NCBI GenBank assembly: GCA_011390365.1
Contig: JAABSM010000010.1
Location: forward strand, 2,714-66,713
Direction: 5' to 3'
Origin: Gammaproteobacteria bacterium
Lineage (GTDB): Bacteria > Pseudomonadota > Gammaproteobacteria > Chromatiales > Chromatiaceae
DNA: 64,000 nucleotides
In this document: positions 9,074 through 19,009 of the stretch, one piece after another
Position numbering within the stretch: the stretch's first letter is position 1
Layout of the letters: every line of letters starts with the position of its first letter
Notes under the pieces: model-generated
Told to the model about the DNA's origin: nothing
What the model saw: only the letters and a program-made list of their open reading frames with translations
The model's database searches: none
Program-made: the position numbers and the translations under genes

Positions 9074-9904
9074 TCAATCCTCGTCGAGCTTGAGGAACTC
9101 CCACACCCGGCGGCTCAGGGAGATGTCGCTGACCTCCTCCTGGGTTGGCTCCTGGGCGATGTTGCCCTTCTCCAGGTTGATCTTGAGCACGCGCCGGGCG
9201 TCGGCGGCGAGATCCTGCATGCCCAGCGCCTCATAGGCCTGGATCATCACCTCCAGCGCCGGTTTCACCGCTGGGGTGGTAGAGTAGTTCTCCAATACCG
9301 CCTTGGCGCGGTTGGCGGAGGCCAGATAGGCGCCCCGTTTGTAATAGTAGTTGGCGACATGCACCTCGTGGCGGGCCATGTTGTTGAGCAGGTAGGCCAT
9401 GCGCTTGCGGGCGTCGCTGGAGTATTCGCTCTGCGGGAACTTCTCGACCAGTTGCGCGAAGTCCTGAAACGATGACATCGCCGCGCCGGGGTTGCGCTGG
9501 GATTCGTCTACCGGCATGAAACGTTCGATGACGCCCATGGTGCGGTTGTAGTTGACCACGCCCTTCATGTAATAGGCGTAGTCGACCTCGGGGGCGCGCG
9601 GGTGCATCTTGATGAAGCGGTCGAGGGCGGCGATGGCGGAATCGAACTCCTCCGCCTTGTAGTAGGCGTAGGCGACGCCGAGCTGGGCCTGCATCGCGTA
9701 CTTGCCGAAGGGGTAGCTCGCCTCCAGCAGTTCGTAGTACTTGATGGCGTTCTGATAGTCGCCATCGCTCATCGCCTCGCTGGCCTCGCTGTAGAGTTTC
9801 TGGGCGCTCCAGTTGCGGCTTTCGTCCTCCTCTTCGGGGAAGAGGCCGCAGGCGGTCAGGGTCAGGATCAGGGGCAGAAGCAGTAACAGACGGTACTTGA
9901 ACAT
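9074..9904 (-). CDS. bamD: outer membrane protein assembly factor BamD (lipoprotein, TPR)
   Basis: Lipobox LTLTAC. ...AQKLYSEASEAMSDGDYQNAIKYYELLEASYPFGKYAMQAQLGVAYAYYK...HEVHVANYYYKRGAYLASANRAK is typical of BamD/YfiO. Confidence 0.9.
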   Translation of the reverse strand: MFKYRLLLLLPLILTLTACGLFPEEEDESRNWSAQKLYSEASEAMSDGDYQNAIKYYELLEASYPFGKYAMQAQLGVAYAYYKAEEFDSAIAALDRFIKMHPRAPEVDYAYYMKGVVNYNRTMGVIERFMPVDESQRNPGAAMSSFQDFAQLVEKFPQSEYSSDARKRMAYLLNNMARHEVHVANYYYKRGAYLASANRAKAVLENYSTTPAVKPALEVMIQAYEALGMQDLAADARRVLKINLEKGNIAQEPTQEEVSDISLSRRVWEFLKLDED

Positions 9905-10101
9905 TTTTTCCTTCGCGGGTTCGTGGCAAGGGAAGTGATATCGGGGCAGTATACCCCAAGCGGGGCGAAATCGATAACCGGGCGGTCGGTTGTTAGGGGG
10001 AAAGGTTGCCGATATACTCCGGGTCAGCCTGGAAACGGGGGCGGTGGCGTCGCGGGGCGCTCGACGAAGGGATTGTTCGACAACGGCGAATCGACGACAA
10101 G

Positions 10102-11859
<1,758 letters not shown>

Positions 11860-11871
11860 AAAGGGAAGAAT

Positions 11872-11907
11872 GGACAGGATGAACAGGATTTGCAGGATGG
11901 ACGGGAT
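11872..11907 (+). repeat. array of four 9-nt units (GGACAGGAT GAACAGGAT TTGCAGGAT GGACGGGAT)
   Basis: Same NNRCRGGAT family as 2320-2355. It fills the msbA-glk spacer and ends 7 nt before the glk ATG. Confidence 0.8.
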
Positions 11908-11913
11908 TTGCCG

Positions 11914-12879
11914 ATGAAGATTCTATCTGGAGATATCGGCGGTACCAATTGCCGTCTCGCCCTCTACGAAGCCGGTGAAACGGCTGTAAATTGCCTGGTG
12001 GACGAGACCTGGCCCAGCGCCGGCGCGGACCACCTGGATGGTATTGTCCGGCAATTTCTGGACAGGCATGGGATTAGCCCGGATGCCGCCGGCTTCGGCC
12101 TTGCCGGTCCGGTGGCGGGCCGACGATGCCAGACCACCAATCTGCCCTGGTTGGTGGATGCGGATGTCATGGAGCGGGAGTTGCGGCTACCCCGGGTCGA
12201 GCTCTTGAACGATCTGGAGGCCACCGCCTGGGGTATCGGCGCCCTCGATGACAACGACCTGCTGACCCTGCAACCCGGCGAGCCAGAGGCGACGGGTAAC
12301 CGGCTGGTGGTCGCCGCCGGCACCGGACTGGGCCAGGCCGGTCTCTACTGGGACGGCGAGATCCATTGCCCTTTCGCTACCGAAGGCGGGCACTGCGATT
12401 TCGCGCCCAATACCCCGCAAGAGTTCGAGCTCTATCGTTTTCTGGAGGGGGAGTTCGGCCACGTCAGTTGGGAGCGGTTGGTCTCCGGCCCCGGGCTGTT
12501 CAACATCTATCGTTTCATCATTGCGACCGGGCCGGGCGCGAATGCCATTCAGGGTCTTGACGACGACGCTGGCGCGGCCATCGCCAACGGGGCGAAGCAG
12601 GGCGACGAGCATTGCCTGCATGCGATGGAGCTCTTCTTTCACCTCTTCGCCCGCGAGGTCGGCAATGCCGCCCTCAAGGCGATGGCGCGGGGCGGAGTCT
12701 ATCTCGGCGGCGGTATCGCGCCCAAGAATCTTCCCTGGATCGAGCGCCCGGAATTCATCGATACCTTTCGCGCCAAGGGACGCATGACGCCATTGATGGA
12801 GTCCATGCCGCTCCATCTCATACTCAATGACCGCATCGCGCTAATGGGGCCGGTGCGCTATCTCCTGGCGGGGCGCTAA
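11914..12879 (+). CDS. glk: glucokinase
   Basis: MKILSGDIGGTNCRLALYE... (ROK/Glk N-terminal ATP motif), ...TNLPWLVD..., ...GHCDFAP..., ...GGVYLGGGIAPK... Confidence 0.88.
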   Translation: MKILSGDIGGTNCRLALYEAGETAVNCLVDETWPSAGADHLDGIVRQFLDRHGISPDAAGFGLAGPVAGRRCQTTNLPWLVDADVMERELRLPRVELLNDLEATAWGIGALDDNDLLTLQPGEPEATGNRLVVAAGTGLGQAGLYWDGEIHCPFATEGGHCDFAPNTPQEFELYRFLEGEFGHVSWERLVSGPGLFNIYRFIIATGPGANAIQGLDDDAGAAIANGAKQGDEHCLHAMELFFHLFAREVGNAALKAMARGGVYLGGGIAPKNLPWIERPEFIDTFRAKGRMTPLMESMPLHLILNDRIALMGPVRYLLAGR

Positions 12880-12953
12880 GCGGCGGAGCGCGCGGGGCGA
12901 TGGCGCGTCGAGCCGCGCGCTCCGGGGGGACGGCGATTGGCGGTATGCCGCAC

Positions 12954-12985
12954 AAAAAAAGACCGGCCTAAGGCCGGTCTTTTTC
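12954..12985. terminator. bidirectional rho-independent terminator between glk (+) and the sulfur-globule-like gene (-)
   Basis: aaaaaaaGACCGGCCtaagGGCCGGTCttttt: 8-bp GC stem, 4-nt loop, A-run on one side and T-run on the other. Confidence 0.85.
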
Positions 12986-13043
12986 GTGGCGAATCCCGAA
13001 GGATCCGCCGCAATCGCTGTTCCGAAGAGACTTCGGAAAACGA

Positions 13044-13418
13044 TTACTGGGCTTGCTGCTGGCGCGGGGGCTGCTGCGGCTGCTGCGGCATGGCGCCATA
13101 GGGCGCGCCGTAACCGCCGGGGGCGCCGTAGCCAGGTGCACCACCGGGGGCGCCATAGCCGCCGCCGTAGGGCGCACCGTAACCGCCGCCGTACGGATAG
13201 CCATAACCGCCGTAGTAGGGGTTGTGGTAGCCGTAGTTGCGACCGTAGCCGTTGCCGCGACCGGAGAAGTTCATGTTGAAGTCGCCGCCGCCGTCACCCA
13301 TCCAGTCATTCATCCAGTTGTTGCCGCCGGGGCCGCCTCCCCACCACGCACTGGCGGTGGAAAGGGGGGCGATGGCGATGACGGCCACGACGGCCGCGCT
13401 GCTGAGTATCTTTTTCAT
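13044..13418 (-). CDS. secreted Gly/Tyr-rich protein resembling sulfur globule envelope proteins (SgpA/SgpB, CV1/CV2 type)
   Basis: Signal peptide [24 protein letters not shown]. It is followed by [67 protein letters not shown]... This composition and repeat style matches Allochromatium Sgp proteins as I remember them. Confidence 0.55.
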   Translation of the reverse strand: MKKILSSAAVVAVIAIAPLSTASAWWGGGPGGNNWMNDWMGDGGGDFNMNFSGRGNGYGRNYGYHNPYYGGYGYPYGGGYGAPYGGGYGAPGGAPGYGAPGGYGAPYGAMPQQPQQPPRQQQAQ

Positions 13419-13471
13419 TGGGAGTATCTCCTTGAGAAGTATTTGCTGTTTCAGGTAGAAAAGCGGTCGAT

Positions 13472-13747
13472 TCAGAAACGACCGCCGCCAGAGGGGCGTT
13501 TGTCGCCGCGAGGCTTGGCCTGGTTGACGGTCAGCACGCGACCATCCAGGGGCTTTTGATTGAGTTCCTTAATGGCGGAATCGGCTTCGGAGTTGCTGGG
13601 CATCTCCACGAAGGCGAAGCCTTTCGACTGGCCGCTGAAGCGATCCTTGATCAGGTTGACCGAGGAGATTTCACCAAACGCCGCAAAGGCTTCGCGCAGA
13701 TCGTCTTCGGAGGTTTGGTAGGCCAGATTTCCAACGTATATATTCAC
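13472..13747 (-). CDS. RRM-type RNA-binding protein
   Basis: (V)[48 protein letters not shown] contains RNP2 (IYVGNL) and RNP1 (KGFAFVEM). Gly/Arg tail. GTG start at 13747 inferred from homolog N-termini. Confidence 0.85.
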   Translation of the reverse strand: MNIYVGNLAYQTSEDDLREAFAAFGEISSVNLIKDRFSGQSKGFAFVEMPSNSEADSAIKELNQKPLDGRVLTVNQAKPRGDKRPSGGGRF

Positions 13748-14173
13748 TATGTATTTCGCTCTCGATTGATGTGTGCTGTTGGGATGAGCCGATGGCGGAA
13801 CAGGCACACAAATCCGCCGTCGACGATAATAAATTAAGGGGATTATCGCTTTGCGCGAGGCCGTGGATTACGGGTCGCGAAAGGCCGGATTCTAACGCTG
13901 AGCCTGTCCTGAAAGCGGGTTGCGCTGAGAGGGAGCGTACGCAAGGCGATTGGGAAATCGAGGGTTGCGGGGCCGGGCTGAACCGGTGGTGCGGGAATTC
14001 GGTATGCAATAATCACGCTGCTATCCTGACACCATCCGCGCAGGATGGCAAGAATTATTTTATGAAATTTGCTGTTTTCCTGTTTTTATCGAAAATATTC
14101 CCGATTTGCGCGCCAACAGCTTGAGTTGCCCCGGGGGGCGTGGCTAACTTCCCGTTCAGAGGGAGGAGGGAGA

Positions 14174-14545
14174 ATGAAAAGACTTTTTGCGGTAATGTTG
14201 TCGGCGGCGGCGACGGTCACCCTGATCATGCTGATCATCGGCGGCAACGAGATGGAGTTGCGGGACAAGCAGTGGCACTGCGAAGAGGCCCGGGCGGGTT
14301 TTCAGTGTCGGGTCGAGGTCACCCTGATCAACTACGAGAATACGGAGCTTAAGGTAGGCGTCCGCGCCCGCGCCTTCGCCAAGGGGGCGGATGGCAAATT
14401 GGCGCTGGCCGTCGAAGAGGAGTGGTTCGAGACCCTCGCGCCGGAGCAGGAGCGGCGGGTGAGTCATGAGTTTGAAACGACAGCCGAGATCGAGCGACTG
14501 TTGATGATGGCGACGCCGATCAAGAGCGCGTTGCTTGGGCAGTAG
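14174..14545 (+). CDS. hypothetical membrane-anchored protein
   Basis: GGAGG RBS 6-8 nt upstream of ATG 14174. MKRLFAVMLSAAATVTLIMLIIGG signal/anchor. No motif recognised. Confidence 0.55.
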   Translation: MKRLFAVMLSAAATVTLIMLIIGGNEMELRDKQWHCEEARAGFQCRVEVTLINYENTELKVGVRARAFAKGADGKLALAVEEEWFETLAPEQERRVSHEFETTAEIERLLMMATPIKSALLGQ

Positions 14546-14746
14546 TGGTGTGTTCTGCGCGCTGGCGCGGTGGTTGGTTTTGTCATTGAATTGGCGCGCG
14601 CCGTAACGCACCATCCGAGGCATGAACTGGAGCATGGTGCGTTACGCCCGCGAGGTGTTTCGGTGTATGCGGACTCGACCAAGGTTGGCAGTGGGTTGGG
14701 GGCGGAGGCTCTGTCGGAGAGAGGCTGACGCACCCTGGGGGGCGCT

Positions 14747-14968
14747 CAATGTCATTAACTTAAGCGCCACGCCAGGTTCCCGCCCTTGATGCGCCTTACT
14801 CCGGGGCAGCCCGGAAATCGCTGGGCTGGCATAGGATGTGCCGAATAACAAAGCCTTGTCGCTCGGTCGACGGCACATCCTATGCAGAACCAAAAACGGT
14901 CGGCGCACCCACGAAATGAGGCGCATCATTCCCGGAGAATGCCATGGTGGCTTAAGTTAATGACATTG
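14747..14968 (+). mobile_element. MITE copy 1 (222 bp, complete) with 10-bp target-site duplication
   Basis: Terminal inverted repeats caatgtcattaacttaagcgccac ... gtggcttaagttaatgacattg. Internal hairpin gcataggatgtgcc...ggcacatcctatgc. Flanked by ggggggcgct on both sides (the right copy has one extra G). Confidence 0.85.
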
Positions 14969-15515
14969 GGGGGGGCGCTGCCAGCAACTCCCTGACCCGG
15001 TAGAATGCCGCTATGGAGCGCGCCTCGGTAAAATCCCCCCGCCCCAGCAAGCCCTCCAGATCATCCAGCCGCCAGGGCAGGGTTTCGATCTGCTCCGGCT
15101 CGTCGCCGGGCAGGCGGTCGGGATAGAGGTCCCGGGCCAGCACCACATGGGTGGTATGATAGAGGTAGCCAGGGGCGACGGTGTAGGCGGCGATTTGCTC
15201 CAGCTGGCGGGCGGCGTAGCCGGTCTCTTCCCGGCTTTCACGGTTGGCCGCTTGCAGGGCATCTTCCCCCGCCTCGATATGGCCCTTGGGAAAGCCAAGT
15301 TCGTAGCGCTCCATGCCAGCGGCGTACTCCCGGATCAGCAGCACCTCGTGGGCGGAGATCATGGGTACCACCAGCACCGCGCCGCGTTGGGAGCCGACGA
15401 TGCGCTGGTACTGGCGGGTGGCGCCGTTTTCGAAACGCAGATCCATCTCTTCGATGTTGAAGATGCCGGTGTCGGCGATCTGGCGGCGGTCGGTGATGTC
15501 GGGTTTGCGGGGCAT
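14952..15515 (-). CDS. nudE: ADP compounds hydrolase NudE (NUDIX family)
   Basis: MPRKPDITDRRQIADTGIFNIEEMDLRFENG... with Nudix box GFPKGHIEAGEDALQAANRESREETG. 187 aa, similar to E. coli NudE length. The last 4 codons and the stop lie inside the MITE. Confidence 0.8.
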   Translation of the reverse strand: MPRKPDITDRRQIADTGIFNIEEMDLRFENGATRQYQRIVGSQRGAVLVVPMISAHEVLLIREYAAGMERYELGFPKGHIEAGEDALQAANRESREETGYAARQLEQIAAYTVAPGYLYHTTHVVLARDLYPDRLPGDEPEQIETLPWRLDDLEGLLGRGDFTEARSIAAFYRVRELLAAPPPMSLT

Positions 15516-15782
15516 GGCTTCGCTTCGTGCTCGGGCTGTTGATTGTGTTAACCGCGGATTAACGCAGATGCGCGCGGATGGGCTTGGTGCTGGGGAATTG
15601 TACGGTTTTGGCGATATGATGGGTAGTCTGGTGGAGGGGCCATCGAGAGCCTCGCGTTCCGATGGGAGGCGAAAAATCGTGGTTGTAGCAGTCAAGCCAT
15701 TTTACCTTTCGTTGAATAATCTGCGTAAATCGATGTTAATCCGTGGGCCAATAGCAAACCGAAAGATCTATAGGGGCTAGCG

Positions 15783-17084
15783 ATGGCGCAATTGAGTGGT
15801 TGGGGACGTTTCCCCGTTGTCGAAGGAGAGAGCCTTTCGTTCAGTGATCTCGGCCATCTGGGCCGTCTGATCGAGGCGGGGGAGGGTATCCCCTATGGAC
15901 TGGGGAGGAGTTATGGCGATAGCGCGCTGGCGAAGCGTTGTTTCGACTCCCGCCGTTTCGATCGCTTCCTCGCCTTTGACGAGGCTAGCGGGATGCTGTG
16001 CGCCCAGGCCGGCGTGTCCCTGGCGGAGATATTGCGCATCACCATTCCCAGGGGCTGGTTTCTGCCGGTGACGCCGGGTACCGCCTTTGTCACCCTGGGC
16101 GGTGCGGTGGCGAGCGACGTGCATGGCAAGAATCACCACCTGGAGGGCTGCTTCTGCGACCACGTCAGCGAGCTGTCGCTGATGACCGCCAGCGGCGAGA
16201 TCCTGCGTTGCGGTCCAAGCGAGAACACCGCGCTGTTTCGCGCCAGTTGCGGCGGCATGGGACTGACCGGGGTGATCGTGGACGTCACCCTGCGGATGAA
16301 GCCGATCCGCGGCGCCTGGATCGACGAGACCCTGCTGCGTATCGATAATCTCGGGGAACTCTTCGCCCGTTTCGAGGAGCATGCCAAGGCCACCTACTCG
16401 GTGGCCTGGATCGATTGTCTGGCCAAGGGGGATGCCCTGGGGCGTTCGTTACTGATGGTCGGCGAGCATGCCCAGGAGGGGGGGCTCTCGCTGGCCCCGC
16501 AAGGTCGCCTCAAGGTGCCCATGGACGCGCCGGGCTTCGCCCTGAACCACTTCACGGTGGCCGCCTTCAACACCCTCTACTATCAGCGGGTGCGACGCAA
16601 GCTCACCCAGCACCGGGTCCACTACGCCCCCTATTTTTACCCTCTCGACGCGGTAGGCGAGTGGAACCGCCTCTACGGCAAACGGGGCTTCCTGCAATAT
16701 CAGTGCGTCATCCCCAAGGCGGCGGGACTGGAGGGGATGCGCGGCATCCTCGGGGCCATCGCCGACTCCGGCCTTGCTTCGTTTTTGGCGGTACTCAAAG
16801 CCTTCGGCAAGGGCAACGACAACCTGCTCTCCTTCCCCATGGAGGGCTACACCCTGGCCCTGGACTTCGCCATGCACCCGCGCCTGTTGCCGCTGCTCGA
16901 CCGCCTCGACGCCATGGTGCTGGATCACGGCGGGCGTATCTACCTGACCAAGGATGCGCGCATGTCGCCGGAGACCTTTCGCAGGGGCTATCCGAGGCTG
17001 GATGAATTCCTGGAGGTGCGCGCCGCCCACGGCGCGGATCGGCGGTTTCACTCCCTGCAATCCCGGCGCCTGGAGATACCGTGA
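15783..17084 (+). CDS. FAD-dependent oxidoreductase, DprE1-like (polyprenyl-phospho-ribose 2'-oxidase type)
   Basis: GWGRFP..., GLGRSYGDSA, GGAVASDVHGKNHH, FYPLDAVGEWNRLYGKRGFLQYQCVIP, SFLAVLKAFG, GGRIYLTKDARM. These match the conserved blocks of M. tuberculosis DprE1 as I recall them. Confidence 0.85.
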   Translation: MAQLSGWGRFPVVEGESLSFSDLGHLGRLIEAGEGIPYGLGRSYGDSALAKRCFDSRRFDRFLAFDEASGMLCAQAGVSLAEILRITIPRGWFLPVTPGTAFVTLGGAVASDVHGKNHHLEGCFCDHVSELSLMTASGEILRCGPSENTALFRASCGGMGLTGVIVDVTLRMKPIRGAWIDETLLRIDNLGELFARFEEHAKATYSVAWIDCLAKGDALGRSLLMVGEHAQEGGLSLAPQGRLKVPMDAPGFALNHFTVAAFNTLYYQRVRRKLTQHRVHYAPYFYPLDAVGEWNRLYGKRGFLQYQCVIPKAAGLEGMRGILGAIADSGLASFLAVLKAFGKGNDNLLSFPMEGYTLALDFAMHPRLLPLLDRLDAMVLDHGGRIYLTKDARMSPETFRRGYPRLDEFLEVRAAHGADRRFHSLQSRRLEIP

Positions 17085-17101
17085 TGGCGCGAACAAGACA
17101 T

Positions 17102-17199
17102 CACCACAGAGGGCGCGGAGAACACAGGGTAAGGTTGTTGTCGTTTCCCCAGTTGTCTTCTCGTCGGAAGCCTCCGTGCGCCCGGTGTTCTCTGTGGCG
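17102..17199. repeat. opposed arrays of the degenerate 9-nt unit CACRGAGNN (hairpin-capable) between the DprE1-like and DprE2-like genes
   Basis: caccacagagggcgcggagaacacaggg ... cctccgtgcgcccggtgttctctgtggcg. Same family at 5476-5495, 18750-18791, 32956-32974, 33641-33665, 39021-39143. Confidence 0.75.
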
Positions 17200-17234
17200 T
17201 AATCTTTTTTAAACATGCTCTGGAGCGGTTTTAG

Positions 17235-17972
17235 ATGAAGAAAATCCTCATTATCGGCGCGACCTCGGCGATCGCCGAGGCGACGGCGCGCCTCTACGCC
17301 GAACAGGGTGATCGGCTGCATCTGGTGGCGCGGGATGGCGACAAGCTGGGGGCGATCGCCGCCGACCTGCGGGTGCGCGGGGCCGATCAGGTGAGTCAGT
17401 CCCTGCTTGATGTTACGGATTACGCCCGCCACGAGGCGGTGGTGGATGAGAGCTGGGGCGTGCTGGAGGGGTGCGATCTGGTGCTGATCGCCCATGGCGC
17501 ATTGCCGGATCAAGCGGCCAGCGAGGCGGATCTGGATCGGACCCTGGATGCCCTGCACATCAACGGCCTTAGCGTGATTTCGCTGTTGACCCTGCTGGCC
17601 AATCGCTTCGAGGCGCAGGGTCGGGGAACCATCGCCGTGATCGGCTCGGTGGCGGCCGACCGTATCCGCCGCGGCAACTACACCTATGGTACCGCCAAGC
17701 TGGCGGTGACCGGTTTCCTGGAAGGCCTGCGTCTGCGTCTAGGACCCGCCGGGGTCAATGTGCTGACCATCAAGCCCGGCTTCGTCGACACGCCGATGAC
17801 CGCGGACTTCCCCAAGGGGGCGCTATGGGCCAAGCCGGCGGATGTGGCCGAGGGGATCGTCAACGCCGTCGAAAAGGGCAAGGCCAACGTCTACCTGCCC
17901 TGGTTCTGGTGGGGTATCATGTTCATTATTCGCTGGCTGCCCGGGCCGATATTCCGTCGGCTCAAGATATGA
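17235..17972 (+). CDS. short-chain dehydrogenase/reductase, DprE2-like (polyprenyl-phospho-2-keto-pentose reductase type)
   Basis: MKKILIIGATSAIAEATA (Rossmann), YTYGTAKLAV (YxxxK), C-terminus ...RWLPGPIFRRLKI closely parallels the M. tuberculosis DprE2 ending ...RHIPRSIFRKLPI. Directly downstream of the DprE1-like gene. Confidence 0.8.
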   Translation: MKKILIIGATSAIAEATARLYAEQGDRLHLVARDGDKLGAIAADLRVRGADQVSQSLLDVTDYARHEAVVDESWGVLEGCDLVLIAHGALPDQAASEADLDRTLDALHINGLSVISLLTLLANRFEAQGRGTIAVIGSVAADRIRRGNYTYGTAKLAVTGFLEGLRLRLGPAGVNVLTIKPGFVDTPMTADFPKGALWAKPADVAEGIVNAVEKGKANVYLPWFWWGIMFIIRWLPGPIFRRLKI

Positions 17973-18025
17973 GATATGATCCGGTTGGAGGTCAGGGACC
18001 ATGGCGCGTCGAGCCGCGCGCTCCA

Positions 18026-18616
18026 TCAATCGAGGTTCAGATGGCTGCCCGCCGGCGCCTGATAGATCTCGCTGGTAAAGACCTCGAACTGCGCCCCCTC
18101 CCGCCAGGCGTCCATGGGCAGGCCGGCCTTGTTGGCCAGGTGGTCGAGGGTCTCTTCCCGGCTCCAGCCCTGCTGGGTCGCCACCTCCGGCAGAAATACC
18201 GATGATCGCCCCGCCTTGTGCAGGATGATGCCGTGCTCGCCGAGGATGAAATCCTCCGGCGAGTCGATGGGACGGGGCGGGGAGAGGACGCTGACCTCGA
18301 TCTCCAGTCCGGCCAGCTCCTCTTCCCGCAGCGGCGGAAAGCGGGGATCCCGGGCGGCGGCGTTGTAGCCGTTTTCGAACACCGCCTCGAACAGCGGCCT
18401 GTGGGGCTGGATATAACCGATGCAGCCGCGCAGCATGCCGCCCTGGGTGAGGGTCACGAAGGCCCCGGAGGCTTGCCGCAGCGCATCCGGCAGTCGCGCC
18501 GTCAATGCGTCGAAGCGCTGTTCGGACCAGCCAGCATCGCAGGCTTTGCGCACCCCCAGCTCGGCGAGGGCGTGGAGTTGGATCATGGCATCACGGGGTG
18601 GATTGGCGTCGTTCAT
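18026..18616 (-). CDS. AMMECR1 domain protein (AmmeMemoRadiSam system protein A family)
   Basis: ...GAFVTLTQGGMLRGCIGYIQPHRPLFEAV...AARDPRFPPL...EIEVSVLSPP...GIILHKAGRSSVFLPEV... is the canonical AMMECR1 signature. Confidence 0.85.
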   Translation of the reverse strand: MNDANPPRDAMIQLHALAELGVRKACDAGWSEQRFDALTARLPDALRQASGAFVTLTQGGMLRGCIGYIQPHRPLFEAVFENGYNAAARDPRFPPLREEELAGLEIEVSVLSPPRPIDSPEDFILGEHGIILHKAGRSSVFLPEVATQQGWSREETLDHLANKAGLPMDAWREGAQFEVFTSEIYQAPAGSHLNLD

Positions 18617-18749
18617 GGCGTTGCTCTCCCGGGTTTTGGCGAGGGTAAGGTTGGGAATCGGGCTTGGTCTGAGACTCCCCAGCTCCCATTCTAGTACAGC
18701 CGCGCATTAATTTTCCGGGATTTGCCAATCCCAAAAATCTCTCACGCAG

Positions 18750-18791
18750 CCACGGAGCACACGGAGAAATCCTCCTCCGTGTGCTCCATGG
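18750..18791. repeat. 17-bp-stem hairpin built from CACRGAG-family units
   Basis: ccacggagcacacggag-aaatcctc-ctccgtgtgctccatgg (one mismatch). Confidence 0.8.
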
Positions 18792-19009
18792 CGCGGTGAG
18801 AGGTCTTGTGACAACATTGGCCAGGCTGTACCCGCGGTTTGCGGTGAAGTGGCAAGTGCCATTGGGGAAAAGCGGTTGTTCGCGGGAGAAAAAGCGGTTA
18901 AAAAGCAGCATTGCGTCACAGGGACATGACCAGCCGATCGGCCTGCCGCGAGGTAGAGGCAACCGAGATATTCCGAAATGTGATACCTGGAGCCACCCTT
19001 CTCGATCCC

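Noticed and set aside
14464-14733. 89-aa minus-strand ORF beyond the MITE, considered as the original NudE tail
   Set aside because: It would extend NudE by ~90 residues across the convergent gene 14174-14545. Its frame depends on an ambiguous G-run length, and its composition looks non-coding.
18026-18616. AMMECR1 gene as part of an AmmeMemoRadiSam three-gene system
   Set aside because: No Memo-like (protein B) or radical-SAM partner is adjacent. The neighbours are the DprE2-like gene and mltF, so no system can be claimed from this window.
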